From Octopus sinensis (lineage: Eukaryota): a stretch of DNA of 64,000 nt. The DNA is taken from positions 165,850,001-165,914,000 of the forward strand of contig NC_042997.1 of NCBI RefSeq assembly GCF_006345805.1, read 5' to 3'. How positions within the stretch are numbered: the first letter of the stretch is position 1; each line of letters begins with the position of its first letter. Shown one piece after another: positions 12,919 through 26,305 of this stretch. Below the pieces are notes generated by a model that was not told the DNA's origin, searched no databases, and was given only the letters and a program-made list of their open reading frames with translations. Made by a program: the position numbers and the translations under genes.

Positions 12919-12947
12919 AATAAAAATATCAAAGAAATATCAATAAA
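12919..12947 (+). promoter_or_regulatory. Candidate polyadenylation signals of the GST gene
   Basis: AATAAA at 12919 and 12942, 80-105 nt after the stop codon. Confidence 0.55.
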
Positions 12948-14785
12948 AGTTATATTCATATATAAAATTGTATTCTTCGATTTGAAGAAAGTTACTGAGA
13001 ACTTATTTTTCATTAAATTAAGATGCTTTCCAAACAAAGAAAATGTCTTGATTTAAAAAAAATTTTTTTGCAAAACATCTTGATTTAAAAAACAAAAAAA
13101 ATCAAGACTTTATATATAAAATTTCAGTTTAATTTTTAAATATAATTTTTTATTATTCTTGTGGTACACCTATCTACATCTTGCAGCACCTAAGGGTACA
13201 ATATTCACTGATTCAAAATCTAATCGCCATCAAAATAAATACAATCATTTCAATCCCTTAAAACAATAATGTTTAAAAATAAAATGCATATAATATAAAG
13301 AATGTATGTATATACACACATGCATATACTCAAGTCATGCCATAACTTGCATTATGATCTGTAATTAAAAATATTAATTTCTGCAATGGTGTTCTCAATG
13401 CTAAATAGTTGTCAATATTAAATGTGTTTGCAAGGTGGCAAACTGGCAGAATCATTAGCATGTTGGGAAAAATGCTTTGTAGTATTTTGTCCATCTATAT
13501 GTTCTGAGTTCAAAAACTGCTGAAGTTGACTTTGCCTTTCATCTTTGCAGGTTGTACTGGGGTTGATGTAACTGACTCGTCCCTTCCCGCAAAATTGTTG
13601 GCCTTGTGCCAAAATTTGAAATCAGTATTAAATGTGTGTGTGTAAGGCGGTGAGCTGGTAGAATCGCCAGCATACTGGACAAAATTCTTAGCAGCATTTC
13701 ATCCATCTTTATGTTGCGAGTTCAAATTCTGCTAAGGTTGTCTTTGCCTTTCACCCTTTTAGGGTCAATAAAATAAGTACTAGTTGAGGACTGGGGTCGA
13801 TGTAATCAACTAGCCTGCCCCCTCAAAAATTTCAGGCCTTGTTCTTATTAGTAGAAAGGAATATTAAATGCATGTGTGCTTGTATATATATATACGTTTG
13901 CACACACACACACACACATTATACAGAAAAAGAAATATTTTGAACATAAAAAGCACCACGTGGCCGTTGCCAGCGCCGCCCCGACTGGCCTCCGTGCCGG
14001 TGGAACATAAAAAGCACCATCCGATCGTTGCCATTGCCAGCCTCGCCTGGTCCCCGTGCCGGTGGCACATAAAAAGCACCATCCGTCCGTGGCCGTTTGC
14101 CAGCCCCGTCTGGCACCTGTGCCTGTGGCACGTAAAAAGCACCCACTACACTCATGGAGTGGTTGGCGTTAGGAAGGGCATCCAGCCGTAGAAACATTGC
14201 CAGATCAGACTGGGCCTGGTGCAGCTTTCTGGCTTCTCAGACTGTTAAATTAAATGCTGAATATCATAGCTTTGGAATTCAACAACAATTTTATGTATAC
14301 AAACTTTTTGTGATTTTGGAAGCGTTGAATGTGTTTTGTATTATACAGACAAGAAAGTAATATTTCAAATGCAGTATAGCTGAGAACAGCAGAATGTTTG
14401 ACAAAGTTTTCCATCTTCACAGCATACCCAACCAAAGGACATAACTCCTAAACTAATCTCCTGGCCCCTTTTTTGTTCCACCACCTTTTTCACAGCAACC
14501 GCTGACCAGTTGTGCTAATCCACTTCCAACAATGGAGAGCAGTCAGCATATTCCCTTCTATATTGACTAACTCTGATGAGCATAAAGTTATATAATTGGT
14601 TTGTTACCTAACATTCCATTGCATTCTTTACACAAAACCGATTGGTAAGACCAGCTGTGATGGATATTTAATACTATACATTTTGGATAATATACCCACT
14701 CTACTGACAGATACACGAGTGCATCTTTTCCCTGACTTATGGTCTCTTTGACGATTCATGCATGCATGCACACGCTGCCTGTATG

Positions 14786-14829
<44 letters not shown>

Positions 14830-15829
14830 TAAGTAATTAAGATTCAGTTGAATTAGGTACTTAAGTTGAAGCACCAAGTCAGTCCAGTATTATCTGCATA
14901 GCTCAAAGTAATAGGATTTCAGGTAGCAATGCAGTACGACTGTCTCAAGTGGCTCCATTTAATTGAACAATGCAATCATTACATCAATTTTAAATACAAC
15001 ACTATCTTCAGCTGCACAGATATGGAATTTCAACAGACAAGTTACATTGATATAATTTTTCTTAAATATTTTAACAGAGCAAGAGGATGGAAGAAATTCA
15101 TGTTGTGGCTATTGTAGCAGGAATAACTAAGAGAACAGGCTACAATTTATTTATAGAGTGACATGGAACACAGTGGGGGTTTTAGAGTTATAATTCATTT
15201 CCAAATATTATCTATTTCCTTATCATTCAACTATGATAAACGGTTGTACTGCATTTCTACTTGAAATCCTGTTACTTACTTTGATTATATATATACATAT
15301 AATGTGTGTAGAAATTCCTGCTTCACTTGTGAAGATACGTAGGCTAGTGGTTAGAGTGTTTGACCCATGATCACTCATGTCCTATGGACATCTTGAGTCT
15401 CTTGTGTCTGTGAATGATATCAATATAAAACAAACTAGGAGACAGTTGATTCATCATTCAGGAGCAAGTTTTATCCAAACAGTATATGTACACCCAATTT
15501 CACTCTTTGGTCAACAAGAGAGAAAACACTTATGCAAGATGTCATGTAGAGATTGAACCAGGAACCTCATAGTAGTGATGTAAAATTTTATGCTATGTAT
15601 GAAATAAAATACTGATATCATTAGTGAATATGCTACATTATTTCTATCTTGAACTTAGAAATTTTGCTTTCATTTTCAACAAACCTAGGTCTTTTACAAG
15701 ATTATTTGATTCATCCTGATAATGTTTATGTAGCTGATAGATTCACATAAAGTCTGATGGACAGTCTTCATGCTTCTTGCTTTCTGAATCCACAATGAGA
15801 ACTCTAGTGATATGTGAGACTGCCATAAA

Positions 15830-17425
15830 GCTGAGAATAAATTGGGATATTTGGAGTATATCCATTTGGGAAGCAGAGAGTATGCCTGCAGACTTCTGAG
15901 ATATCACAATAATTACACTCTACAAGAACGAAAGAGCCAAATCAGACTGGAAATTACAGGGGCATTTCCCTGATTTCCAATACTGGAAAAATCCTGGTCC
16001 ACATTCTCTTCAACAAGCTCATCACTAGTGTCTCTGAGAACAACTTGTCTGAAGCTCAGTAGACGTGGTATTTACTGTGTCAAGTCAAGGAGAAATGCAT
16101 TGAACAATGGGTAGATTTGTACTCTGTGTTCATAGACCCGACCAAAGCTTTTGACACAGTCAATAGAGAAGCTTTGTGGACCATCCTAACCAAGCTGGGC
16201 TGCCCACACAAGTTCACCACATTGATAAGACTCTTTTATGACATTATTACTGGTCAAGTTCTTTGCAATGGTGACTCAGTAACTCTTTCAACATTTCCAA
16301 TAGCATGAAACAGGCCGCTGTCTTGTTCAACTTGTTCTTCCCACTTGTACTGCCTTACACATTGAAAGATCTAGACCTGGGTATATACATCAAATATCTC
16401 TCAGACTTCTCTGTTTTTGACCTCTGCCAACTCTCTGCACATACCAAGATGGCGGAAAAGCTTATAACTGAAGCCCTATTTGTAGATGACTGTGCCCTTA
16501 TGGCACACAAGGAAAATCACCAGCAGACTATTGCTGATCACTTTGCAGAAGCATCAAGGCCCTTTCGACTGATCATCAGCCTTGAGAAAACACAGGTCCT
16601 AGTCTAAGCAGCCCCAGAAACAGTTCACCCCCAGCCAAACATCAATCAAGGAGTTCAGATTAAGTGTGTGGAGAGTTTCAGGTGCTTTGGCAGCTGATGA
16701 ATCATTGGACAATGAACTATTATCCAGAATCCTCAAGGCTAGCCAAGCACTTGGAAGACTGAAAGTGGAGGTCCTCCAGCATAAAGGCGAAAGTCTATTG
16801 ACAATGCTCAAGATCTACAAGGCTGTAGTAGTTTTTACACTATGCTATGGCTGTCAAACATGGACCCCATACTGTCAGCACATTGAACAGCTGGAACAAT
16901 TTCACACAAGGGCACAGTGGAGGATTCACTGACAGGACAGTGTAACAAACCAAAAAGTACTGGACAGAGCTTGCTCAACAAGCATTGAGTCAATGCTGCT
17001 GAAGGCTCACTTATGCTGGACTGGCAATGTCATCAGAATGACTGTCAACTGTGTACCCAGACAGCTGTTGCAGGGTGAGCTTGCACAAACATAAAAAAAA
17101 CCTAAACTGAGGTACAAAAACACTCTGAAAAGTAACCTCAAATGGAGTGGTATTAGCCCATGTGAACTCAAAACATCTGTTGCAGACAGATCAGTGTGGA
17201 GGTCTCTCACCTCACAATCAGCAGCTGCCTTCGAAGAGGTCCAGTGACAGTATCTTGATGCTGAAAGAAAAGACATCGCAGAGCAGCATCCACCACAATC
17301 CAGTCAACAGGTCATCACTGACATCTGTGGGTGCCTGAGTGCCTCCAGCTTTGGACTGGAGTTACATGCACTCTCATCACTGAGAACACAGACCTTGTCA
17401 TCATCAGACACCGATGGACTACCTA
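15830..17425 (+). mobile_element. Decayed RTE-clade (BovB-like) LINE, reverse transcriptase to 3' end
   Basis: Fragments NYRGIS, VFIDPTKAFDTVNREALW, LFVDDCAL, ISLEKT, YGCQTWT and LEQFH, with many stops and frameshifts. Ends in catcatcagacaccgatggactacc. Confidence 0.9.
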
Positions 17426-18389
17426 GAAAGTGTTCTTTGCTTTCCTTCTTTTTTTTTTATATATTCCACCTTTTAGAAATGTTGGGGGTCATGTGAAAAT
17501 AGTTTTTGATGTGCTTTCCATATCATAACTATTATGAAAGGCTTGCACTTCTACCAGCCATTTATACACATTTTTAAACACTCTGAACAAATGGAGCTGC
17601 AACAAATGGAAGAGGGAGTTCTTTATAAGATTAAGATATTGGGCAACCAATGAGACTTCCATATTCAGCAATATTTCAATGGGCTCTTCATTGCTTGTTA
17701 CAAAAGCAGATTGGTGTTCATGGTGCATAAGATTAACAATTGCAGAAAGTACTTTCACTGGAAAAATAATATAACTTTTCTCACTAATACAAATTTTGAA
17801 AAACCTTTAGCAGCAAAGAACACAGAATAAATAGATTAATAAATTTAAAATGTTATTTCATAAAAGAATTTTTTAATCATGCAGTTAGTATTTACATTTA
17901 TTTAAATAGAAGAAGCTAAACTAGAAATATTTTGTAAAATCTGCAATCATCAGTAAGCATACATATATATATAAATATGTATGCATATATACATATTTGT
18001 GTACATATGTATGTGTGTGTTTACAACTATAGAAGAGTCAGTTCATGTTACTAAAAATTTAAAAGTCACTCAAAAGCACACAAGATGGCTGAATTCATTA
18101 CATCTGCCTCATCCAATGTGGAAAAAGAAAAAACAAAAAAGAAAAATAGATTTATACATTGCATTTTTTCTTTGAAACAGATTAAACTAATGTTTTCTAA
18201 GTACTTTGGATTTTAGTTTTTCTCGACATATTTATATCATGGTATCTTCAAAATTTTATGCAACGTTTTTTCAGAATGTGTTTCTCTAATAAACAATCAG
18301 TTTTCTTTTTTTTCTTTTTAATTTTCTGTTTCTCTTTCATCAACTAATCTTTCTTCTACTGACCTTTTGTGTTGCTTTTAAAGCCACAA

Positions 18390-18605
18390 TCAAAGATAAT
18401 TTTGATTGATGGAGAGTTTTGTTGATTTTGTCATTTTCATAGTGAAATTTACTGGTGAATATCCCATTGTTAGTTGATTTAAAGAAATCACATCTATGTA
18501 ATCACTGCAGTAGTCTACCAACAAATCTTCGGGAATGTCACCACTGATTTCTATCATTACATCAGGGAAACGTTGTTTCAAACTTTCAGCATATTTTTTA
18601 GCAAC
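18390..18605 (-). CDS. QPRT: QPRT-like terminal coding exon
   Basis: tttcag|GTTGCT. Encodes VAKKYAESLKQRFPDVMIEISGDI...IDVISLNQLTMGYSPVNFTMKM...-stop, equivalent to human LKAQFPSVAVEASGGI...IDVISMGMLTQ...DFSLK. Confidence 0.9.
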   Translation of the reverse strand, partial: VAKKYAESLKQRFPDVMIEISGDIPEDLLVDYCSDYIDVISLNQLTMGYSPVNFTMKMTKSTKLSINQNYL

Positions 18606-18984
18606 CTGAAACACAAACAAACCAAAAGTCAAAAATAAATCCAAAATAGAAATTATATAGTTTCTTGATGTATGTTTACTTTTTATCTTTATCATATTTG
18701 TTACAAGCTGACAGATGCAAGAACATCAAAGATAGAAAAGGAATTCCAGAGTCTGACATTCTGAGGAACATGAATTGGACATAGGAGTTCATGTGGGGCC
18801 AGGTTGAAGAGACACAATTTGGGTCACCAGTGGAAAGAGTGAGTCAGGAGTGCTTGAAAAGAAAAGTGATCACTGTAAAATCGCTAATAAAACATAGAGA
18901 GGAGATAGTATACTTGTGGGATGCCAACCAGGTGAGTAGCTGGCAGAACTGGCAGAAACTTGTGGGATGCCAATCAGGTGAGTA

Positions 18985-19219
18985 AGGCGGTGAGCTGGCA
19001 GAAACGTTAGCACGCCAGGCAAAATGCTAAGCGTTTTTTTGTCTGCCGTTATGTTCTGAGCTCAAATTCCGCTGAGGTCGACTTTGCCTTTCATCCTTTC
19101 GGGGTCGATTAAATAAGTACCAGTTGCGCACTGGGGTCGATATAATCGACTTAATCCGTTTGTCTGTCTCTGGTTGTCACCTCTGTGTGTGGCCCCTTGT
19201 GGACAGTAAAGAAATAAGA
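18985..19219 (+). mobile_element. tRNA-derived SINE family A (head AAGGCGGTGAGCTGGCAGAA, core CCTTTCGGGGTCGATAAATTAAGTACCAG), tail type 1
   Basis: Pol III A/B-box-like head and ~13-bp TSD. More than 20 further full or partial copies, for example 1-97, 2690-2885, 11620-12060, 13430-13862, 26940-27400, 29215-29415, 35545-35722, 47258-48040, 48385-48578, 55545-55762, 57215-57390, 59760-59930 and 61895-62105. Confidence 0.9.
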
Positions 19220-19871
19220 AACCAGGTGAGTAGCTCTTTTTCAAGAGTGGAAGTTGGAGGTGGAGTGAGGGTGAACTAAAATACCTGTATATGTAGCAGC
19301 TGCACCATCTCATGCACAGAAACTGCGCTCCATTGTGGATCTTGCCTGAGCTTTGTGGAGGCTTAGTTGTCATTGGTCCTGAAATGGGTTCTAAAGAGGA
19401 AGACTAGTACTCAGTGATGCAGTCATTGTTGCATCAACTCTCCTGATGTTGCTACAACTGTTGTTCTTTAACCCAGCATCAGCTCTGATGAAACAGACCT
19501 CCAACCAAATGCAATTCAATTATGACCATTCATCCCTTTTTATATTAAAACTATATATTCAAACCAAGCACACATCTAAAACCTCTTTTCAGTGCAATTA
19601 TAATTACTTCATTAATTCATTTCATTATCTGTCTGTGTAAAGACAGTTTCGTCTTCCATGTCGTATGTTTAGAGAAAAAAACTTAAGATCCCTTCGCTCA
19701 ACCCAACTCTACCCCCTTTCTCCCTCTCTTTCATGCTCATTTATTATTGTCCTTTATTCGTTCATTTATCTAATTTTGTCACAGTTTTGCTGACTGAAAA
19801 CTGTCAGTTATAGCTCTAGTTTAGAATTCAAATGCCCAATTCTATCTCATTATTATCATAATGTTCTGCGT

Positions 19872-19959
19872 CATGGGGATTAGAAAAGAACTTTATCTTA
19901 ATTATGAAAAATAAAAGAAGTATAAAAAAAAAGCGCATTATTTATGGGATGACCCAATA
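19872..19959 (+). mobile_element. 3'-terminal fragment of the same mariner family as 4961-8530
   Basis: TTTATGGGATGACCCAA+TA, preceded by sequence matching the reverse complement of 4980-5040. Confidence 0.75.
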
Positions 19960-20424
19960 GTTATATTTGGAATACCTTTAATTGTATGTCTCCTCAGTCA
20001 GGGCTGACTTGACCTAAGGAACAACAATAACAACTTCATTCAAAGTTATCTTATTTCTGAAAGCATTTCCTATTGCCATAGACTAAGAGGTTAGCTTGCA
20101 ACATGTCAAGTCTGTGACCTAGTTCTTATTTCTAATTTCTTTAAATATTTAATTGGAAAAGACATGATTATCTCAGCTTGAATTTCTCTACTTTGCTATT
20201 CCGAAGATGTCATATAGGTATATTCAAAGCTCTGACCTCTCCACTACTTCCCTCCTCTTCCTCTTACACAGATTTAAACCTTAACACCACAAGGCACCAT
20301 TTTCTCTCACCACAGAACTTAAAGTTTGACTGCTGACTACTTGACCATCATTAATTTCAGCATGTTTCCTGATATGCCTCAGTCTTCAGGCCTGCTTGAG
20401 AAGGTGCCTTTCCAGTGGCAGTGG

Positions 20425-20662
20425 TAAATAATAATAATAATAATAATAAACATTGTGTACAGTGCTCAGGTGCACTACAACTCATTGAAAGTGTATATAT
20501 AATCAGGTGTAGTTCGACGGATTTCGGAAAGCATGAGGGCCTTAAAGGATGCAGTGTCATGGCAGTCAACAACTGACGCAGGCAGTTTATTCCATGCTTC
20601 AGCAACTCTGAGTGTGAAGAAATGTTTCCGAAAGTCATGGGAGCTGTGTTGTTTTCTGACTT
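20425..20662 (-). mobile_element. CR1-clade LINE 3' fragment (diverged subfamily)
   Basis: Antisense match to HDFRKHFFTLRVAEAWNKLPASVV plus a 3' UTR and (ATT)n tail. Confidence 0.8.
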
Positions 20663-21133
20663 TAGGAAAGAGTTTTATTGCTTGACTTAAAAATTACAGC
20701 TAAATCTTCATGTAAAGTATGAAATATAAAAGGCATTGGAGAGTTTTTTTATAACTCTATAGGTTATGGATCACACTAATGCCTTTTATATTCAATGCAT
20801 TATAAGTACTTCTGTATGAAATAGCTGTAAAATGTTAAATATATATATATAAAAAATCATCATTGTTGTTAGTGATGGAAGTGTTGGCAGCATTGTTGTC
20901 CTCTTCCACATCATCAACACCACCATTGAAAACAATGACAACAGCAACAACAATAAGAACCACAACAACAATAACAATAGCAATATTTCTTGTTAGCTTT
21001 TCTGTGATGGCATAGTTTGGAAGGTTTTACTGAGGCAGTGGCTTATGATTCAATGCCTTCCTATAGCCAACTAACTCTTTTAGTCACCTCTTACAGCACA
21101 GGAATAGGATGATGTGCCTATTCTAAAATAAAG

Positions 21134-21597
21134 TGCCATATTCTGAATGCCTTACTTCCCTGGGCATGGATACATTGAAACTCCAGCGTCTGGCAGCTGA
21201 CTTGGCAGACACCCATAAAATTATTAACCATCTTACTAACAATAACTCTGAGCACCTTTTCAAACTCCACCTGTCTAACACCCCCGGACATGTTTACAAA
21301 GTCAGAAAACAGCACAGCTCCCATGACTTTCGGAAACATTTTTTCATGCTAAGAGTTGCTGAAGTATGGAACAAACTGCCGGCATCAGTTGTTAGTTGTC
21401 GGAGCACTGCATCCTTCAAAACTTCCAAGCTTCCTGAGATTCGCCAACACTACACTTGATTTTCTTCCCTCTATACACACGCAAGCATGTATCTGACTCA
21501 TACACTGTCCACGTCCCAGACATTTGTACATTACTGCATATGCTTTATATGCACTTTTGACAAGTTGTGGTGCACCTGAGTACTGTATACAATAATT

Positions 21598-21640
<43 letters not shown>
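21134..21640 (+). mobile_element. 5'-truncated CR1-clade LINE
   Basis: YSECLTSLGMDTLKLQRLAADL...FRKHFFMLRVAEVWNKLP...RQHYT-stop, a 3' UTR, then an (ATT)n tail. Confidence 0.9.
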
Positions 21641-21712
21641 CATCATTATATAATAATCAAACATAAAAGAAATTGAAGAATTTGGAAATATAATTAAAAC
21701 TTTATTTCAAAC

Positions 21713-21844
21713 CTCTGCTGTTGGGTTTTCAAATAATATAACATCACAACCAGCATTAGCTGCTTCTAAAGCATCTTCAAGATTTCTGCATTCTACTTCA
21801 ATTTTCATGGAAAACCCACTAACAAGCTTAGCATCTTTCACAGC
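21713..21844 (-). CDS. QPRT: QPRT-like coding exon 2 (132 nt)
   Basis: aaacag|GCTGTG...GCAGAG|gtttga, phase 0-0. Encodes [44 protein letters not shown], equivalent to human AVRAARQ...KVEVEC...LVLLDNFKPE. Confidence 0.92.
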
Positions 21845-22454
21845 CTGTTTTCCATATTCAAAAACAAATAAAAAATAATACAGAGCAGAGTAAGTACAGA
21901 CGTAGCAAATTCCACAAAATAAGAATATAATAATTTAGCAATAACTAATAACTTATACATAAAAAAAATGAATGTAAAAAATTTAATGATTTATATGGGA
22001 AAACAAACAAGGAAAACATATGAAAACTGTTTATTTCTGATTAAATGAAAATAATTAGAGAAATAAAATATATTTAAAGTAAGTAGGCATGTACTGTATA
22101 CAAGAAACAAGATGGAAGTGAGTCTCAGCTAGACTCCTTGAGGTTAAGGAACTTACAAATCCTGGGTAGATAACAAAGACGGAGAAAGTGGATTCAGTAA
22201 ATTATTTGCAGAGAAATGGATTAAGTAACAAAGGTAGTTAGAGAATGTGATACATTTATCAGGTTTAACCTAGTCATGAACAACACAACTGTGACATTTA
22301 TCTGTACACATGCGTTACAGTCAGAGGTGGCAGATGAACAGAAAGACTACTTCTGTGTGCTCCTCCCGCAGATAACCTTGAGTAATGAATGGTAGCAATG
22401 TCTTATTGTATTTGGTGATTTTAATGGACTTATATATATATATATCAAATTCGA

Positions 22455-22862
22455 TGATTGGCATCCATGCTAGTGTAGCACTAAGAGCACCACCCGAGTG
22501 TGATCGTTGCCAGAGCAGCTAACTGGCGTTTGTACCAGTGGCACGTAAAAAGCACCATTTGAGCGTGATCCTTACCAGTGTCACCTTACTAGCATTTTTG
22601 CCGGGGTGCAGGTGACACGTAAAAAAAACCCACGATGTTTTCATAGCCGTAGCCAGTACTGCCTGACTGGCCCTTGTCCTGGTGGCATGTAAAAGCACTC
22701 ACTACACTCTCGGAGTGGTTGGCATTAGGAAGGGCATCCAGCTGTAGAAACTCTGCCAGATCAAGATTGGAGCCTGGTTCAGTCATCTGGTTCACCAGAC
22801 CTCAGTCAAAATTGTCCAACCCATGCTAGCATGGAAAGCGGATGGTAAACGATGATGATGAA
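22455..22862 (+). mobile_element. SINE-like family D with internal GGCACGTAAAAAGCACC tandem units and an RTE-type (GAT)n tail
   Basis: GGCATTAGGAAGGGCATCCAG and tail GCATGGAAAGCGGATGGTAAACGATGATGATG. Other copies at 13937-14240, 29740-29925 and 39150-39330 (-). Confidence 0.75.
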
Positions 22863-23553
22863 CAACGATATAACCTTTTACATGAAGTCTGAAGCAAAGT
22901 ACTTTAAATTTTATAAAGAAAGTCAAGTTATAAATCATTGGTTAATGTTTTCTGATATCTAAGATGTATTTTCTAGTTTAGCCTGTTAAGCATGTTCAGC
23001 TTTAGCAGTTATCACAGTATGAGATCACTATTAATAATTTTTATCTCTTCTTTACAGTTGCCAAGCAATCATGGAATGTATTCCCTGCATTATGTTTATT
23101 ACAATTAATACACTTGTCACAGCTTAACAATCACCAAATTAATGAATATTTTACAGTCAGTCTTTCTTTCATGCAACATAGTCTTTAGAATTATTTCTGT
23201 TGTTTCTTTAACCACAGCAGTTCAGAATATTTATATATCAATAAATTATTTGCCTAAAGTATTTAGTGGATATTTTAAAAGATTGCTAAAAGTAGACAGC
23301 TAAGACAAGTTTGTTTTCATAGCTTTATGTTCTTCCAAGCTTCCTGCTGCTCTCTTTACTCTTTTACTTGTTTCAGTCATTTGACTGTGGCCATGCTGGG
23401 GCACCACCTTTAGTCAAGCAAATCGACACCAGGACTTATTCTTTGTAAGCCTAGTACTTATTCTATCAGTCTCTTCTGCTGAACCACTAAGCTACTGGGA
23501 CGTAAACACACCGCCATTGGTTGTCGAGCGATGTTGGGGGGGACAAACACATC

Positions 23554-23590
<37 letters not shown>

Positions 23591-23601
23591 ACACACATAC
23601 A

Positions 23602-23637
<36 letters not shown>

Positions 23638-23928
23638 TATATATACATACATATATACGACAGGCTTCTTTCTACTGATTCTGCTAAACTATATCGAAGC
23701 AGGATCCATCAAACTGACTGACATGAATATCTAAGCTATTCTGAAAATGAAATGGTGGTGTTGAAAGCATTTTAATAGTTATTTTCTTTTTCTCATTTAA
23801 AGAAGTAACATGCGCCTTTTAAAAAAATGTATTAATGACATAATGTTGAAGCTAGAATGGATGTGGATTATTTCGATATACTTTCTTTGTCTTCTTTTAC
23901 TGGTTTCAGTCATTGAACTGCAGTCATG

Positions 23929-24530
23929 CAGGTGGAAGGCAAAACTCACCTCACTGCATCACCGGTCTGGAACCCCTATCTTGCCCAGGATATCAATCGT
24001 CTGGAAGCCGTTCTGCGACGTGCAACCAAAAGAATACCCTCCATCGGGCATTTGCCATATTCTGAATGCCTTACTTCCCTGGGCATGGATATATTGAAAC
24101 TCCGACGTCTGGCAGCTGACTTGGCAGACACCCATAAAATTATCAACCATCGTACAAACAATAACTCTGAGCACCTTTTCAAACTCCACCCATCTAACAC
24201 CCGTGGACATATTTACAAAGTCAGAAAACAGCAGAGCTCCCATGACTTCAGGAAACATTTTTTCACGCTGAGAGTTGCTGAAGCATGGAACAAACTGCCG
24301 GCATCAGTTGTTAGTTGTCAGAGCACTGCATCCTTCAAAACTTCCATGCTTCCTGAGATTCGCCAACACTACACCTGATTTTCTCCCCTCCATACACACA
24401 CAAACATGTATCTGACTCATGCATTGTTCGCTTTCCAGACATTTGTACATTACTGCATATACTCTATACGCACTTTCGGACAAGTTGTGGTGCACCTGAG
24501 CACTGTATACAATAATTTTATTATTATTAC
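23929..24530 (+). mobile_element. 5'-truncated CR1-clade LINE
   Basis: SPVWNPYLAQDINRLEAVLRRATKRIP...WNKLP ORF2 C-terminus, same 3' UTR, ATT tail. Confidence 0.92.
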
Positions 24531-26090
24531 AGGTAGAGAAAATATTACTGGACACTAGTAATAATAAGGCAGCACACCACAGTATAAATAGCAGATTACA
24601 ATTGCAGAGATTAAAGTACTGAACTGAAATCTTTTCATGAATAAAACATGCAATGGACTAGTAACTTCCTGTTTAAGAGCAGAAATGTTTATCATCCACT
24701 TCACACTCATTTTGAATGGTATACTTAACCAGGTACCTAGTTAAACATCACCACCTAGTTCTTGGGTTTTTAGTTCACTTTGTTGCAAGCATTCAGGCCA
24801 TGGCTTTGGTTTCAGTTTAACTTCTTCCCTTCTTCTTATCAATCATTGGTGCCCTGAAAAAATTTTTTAAAAAAGAGGGTGATGGGTATGGCCCTTCTAT
24901 CCCTGACTAAGCAGTGAAAAAAGAAAAAGATAACTATGATTAATTGCAACACATTTTGCACCATCAGGTAAAAGGTAACATGTTAGATAAGTAAACATCT
25001 CTCCCATCACTATTATGCTGTAACTGATTTGTTTAGGAGGCAAAGACTGTGAAACTATGACTTATCATTAGTGTGTTAGTTTGTGTGTGTATGTAAGGTC
25101 ACGAAGATATCCGAAGTGAATTGTCAAGTTGTCACGGAAACAACTGAGGTCTTGCTATGGTTTTGTCGAGTTAAAACAAAGGAACGCTCAACGGGCTTCT
25201 TTCAGTTTCCACCTACCAAATCCACTCACAAGGCTTTGGTCAGCCCGAGGCTATAGTAGAAGACACTTACCCAAGGTGCCACACAATGGGACTGAACCTG
25301 GAACCATGTGGTTGGGAAGCAAGCTTCTTATTTCATTACTGCCCACAAGGGAAAGCAAGCTTCTTACCACACAGCCACTTCTATATGACACTAACAACTC
25401 TGTCACTTCACCATATCAATGAATCTATTAAACATAGTGATTAATGAAATCCTGTGGTCTATGAAAACTGTAATCATATCAACATTTTCTATTTTAATAT
25501 GATCATGAGAATATATTATATTATCACACTGTGATAGCTGGATTAGTTAGAGATTATAATGTTTGAGCTGATAAGTTGTTGGTCTCTGGGTAATAGTTTC
25601 ATGAGTTCATATTCTTTAACCAGACACTTGTAGTTGCTAACCAACATAATGGTGTCCTAAGCTGAAGAGTTTCTTTCATTTTTTACTTCTTCCAGTCACT
25701 GAACTGCAGTCATGCCTCTCCATATTCAATCTCCAACATCATTCTTATTGTTCTACCCCACTTTCTTCACCATCCTAATACATTTCAAACAAGGGATTCC
25801 ATCATATCTCTTAATACCTAAAAAACTCCACCATCACACTTCTGTAATGCTAGCCATCACTCCAACTTCACTTATGATTGACATACATCACTCTCAATGA
25901 GAGAGAGAGAGAGAGAGAGAGGGCACCTAACTCTAAGACTATCCATTGCCTCTCTCTCTCTCTTTTCCTACCAAACATGTAATTGCCATGACTGTCTCTT
26001 TCCCATTAACTTCTGTCATTACTATCTTCCTTCCATTACTCCTCCCAGTATTATCCCTTCCGTTAATCCCACTTCAACCATCCTCTCACC

Positions 26091-26249
26091 CCAACACTAC
26101 ATGTGATTTTCTCCTCTCTATACACACGCAAGCATGTATCTGACTCATACACTGTTCACTTCCCAGATATTTGTACATTACTGCATATGCTTTATACACA
26201 CTTTTGACAAGTTGTGGTGCACCTGAGCACTGTATACAATAATTTCATG

Positions 26250-26293
<44 letters not shown>

Positions 26294-26305
26294 CATTATT
26301 ATTAT
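26091..26305 (+). mobile_element. CR1 3' UTR-only fragment
   Basis: ccaacactac...gtggtgcacctgagcactgtatacaataatttc followed by (ATT)n. Confidence 0.8.
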
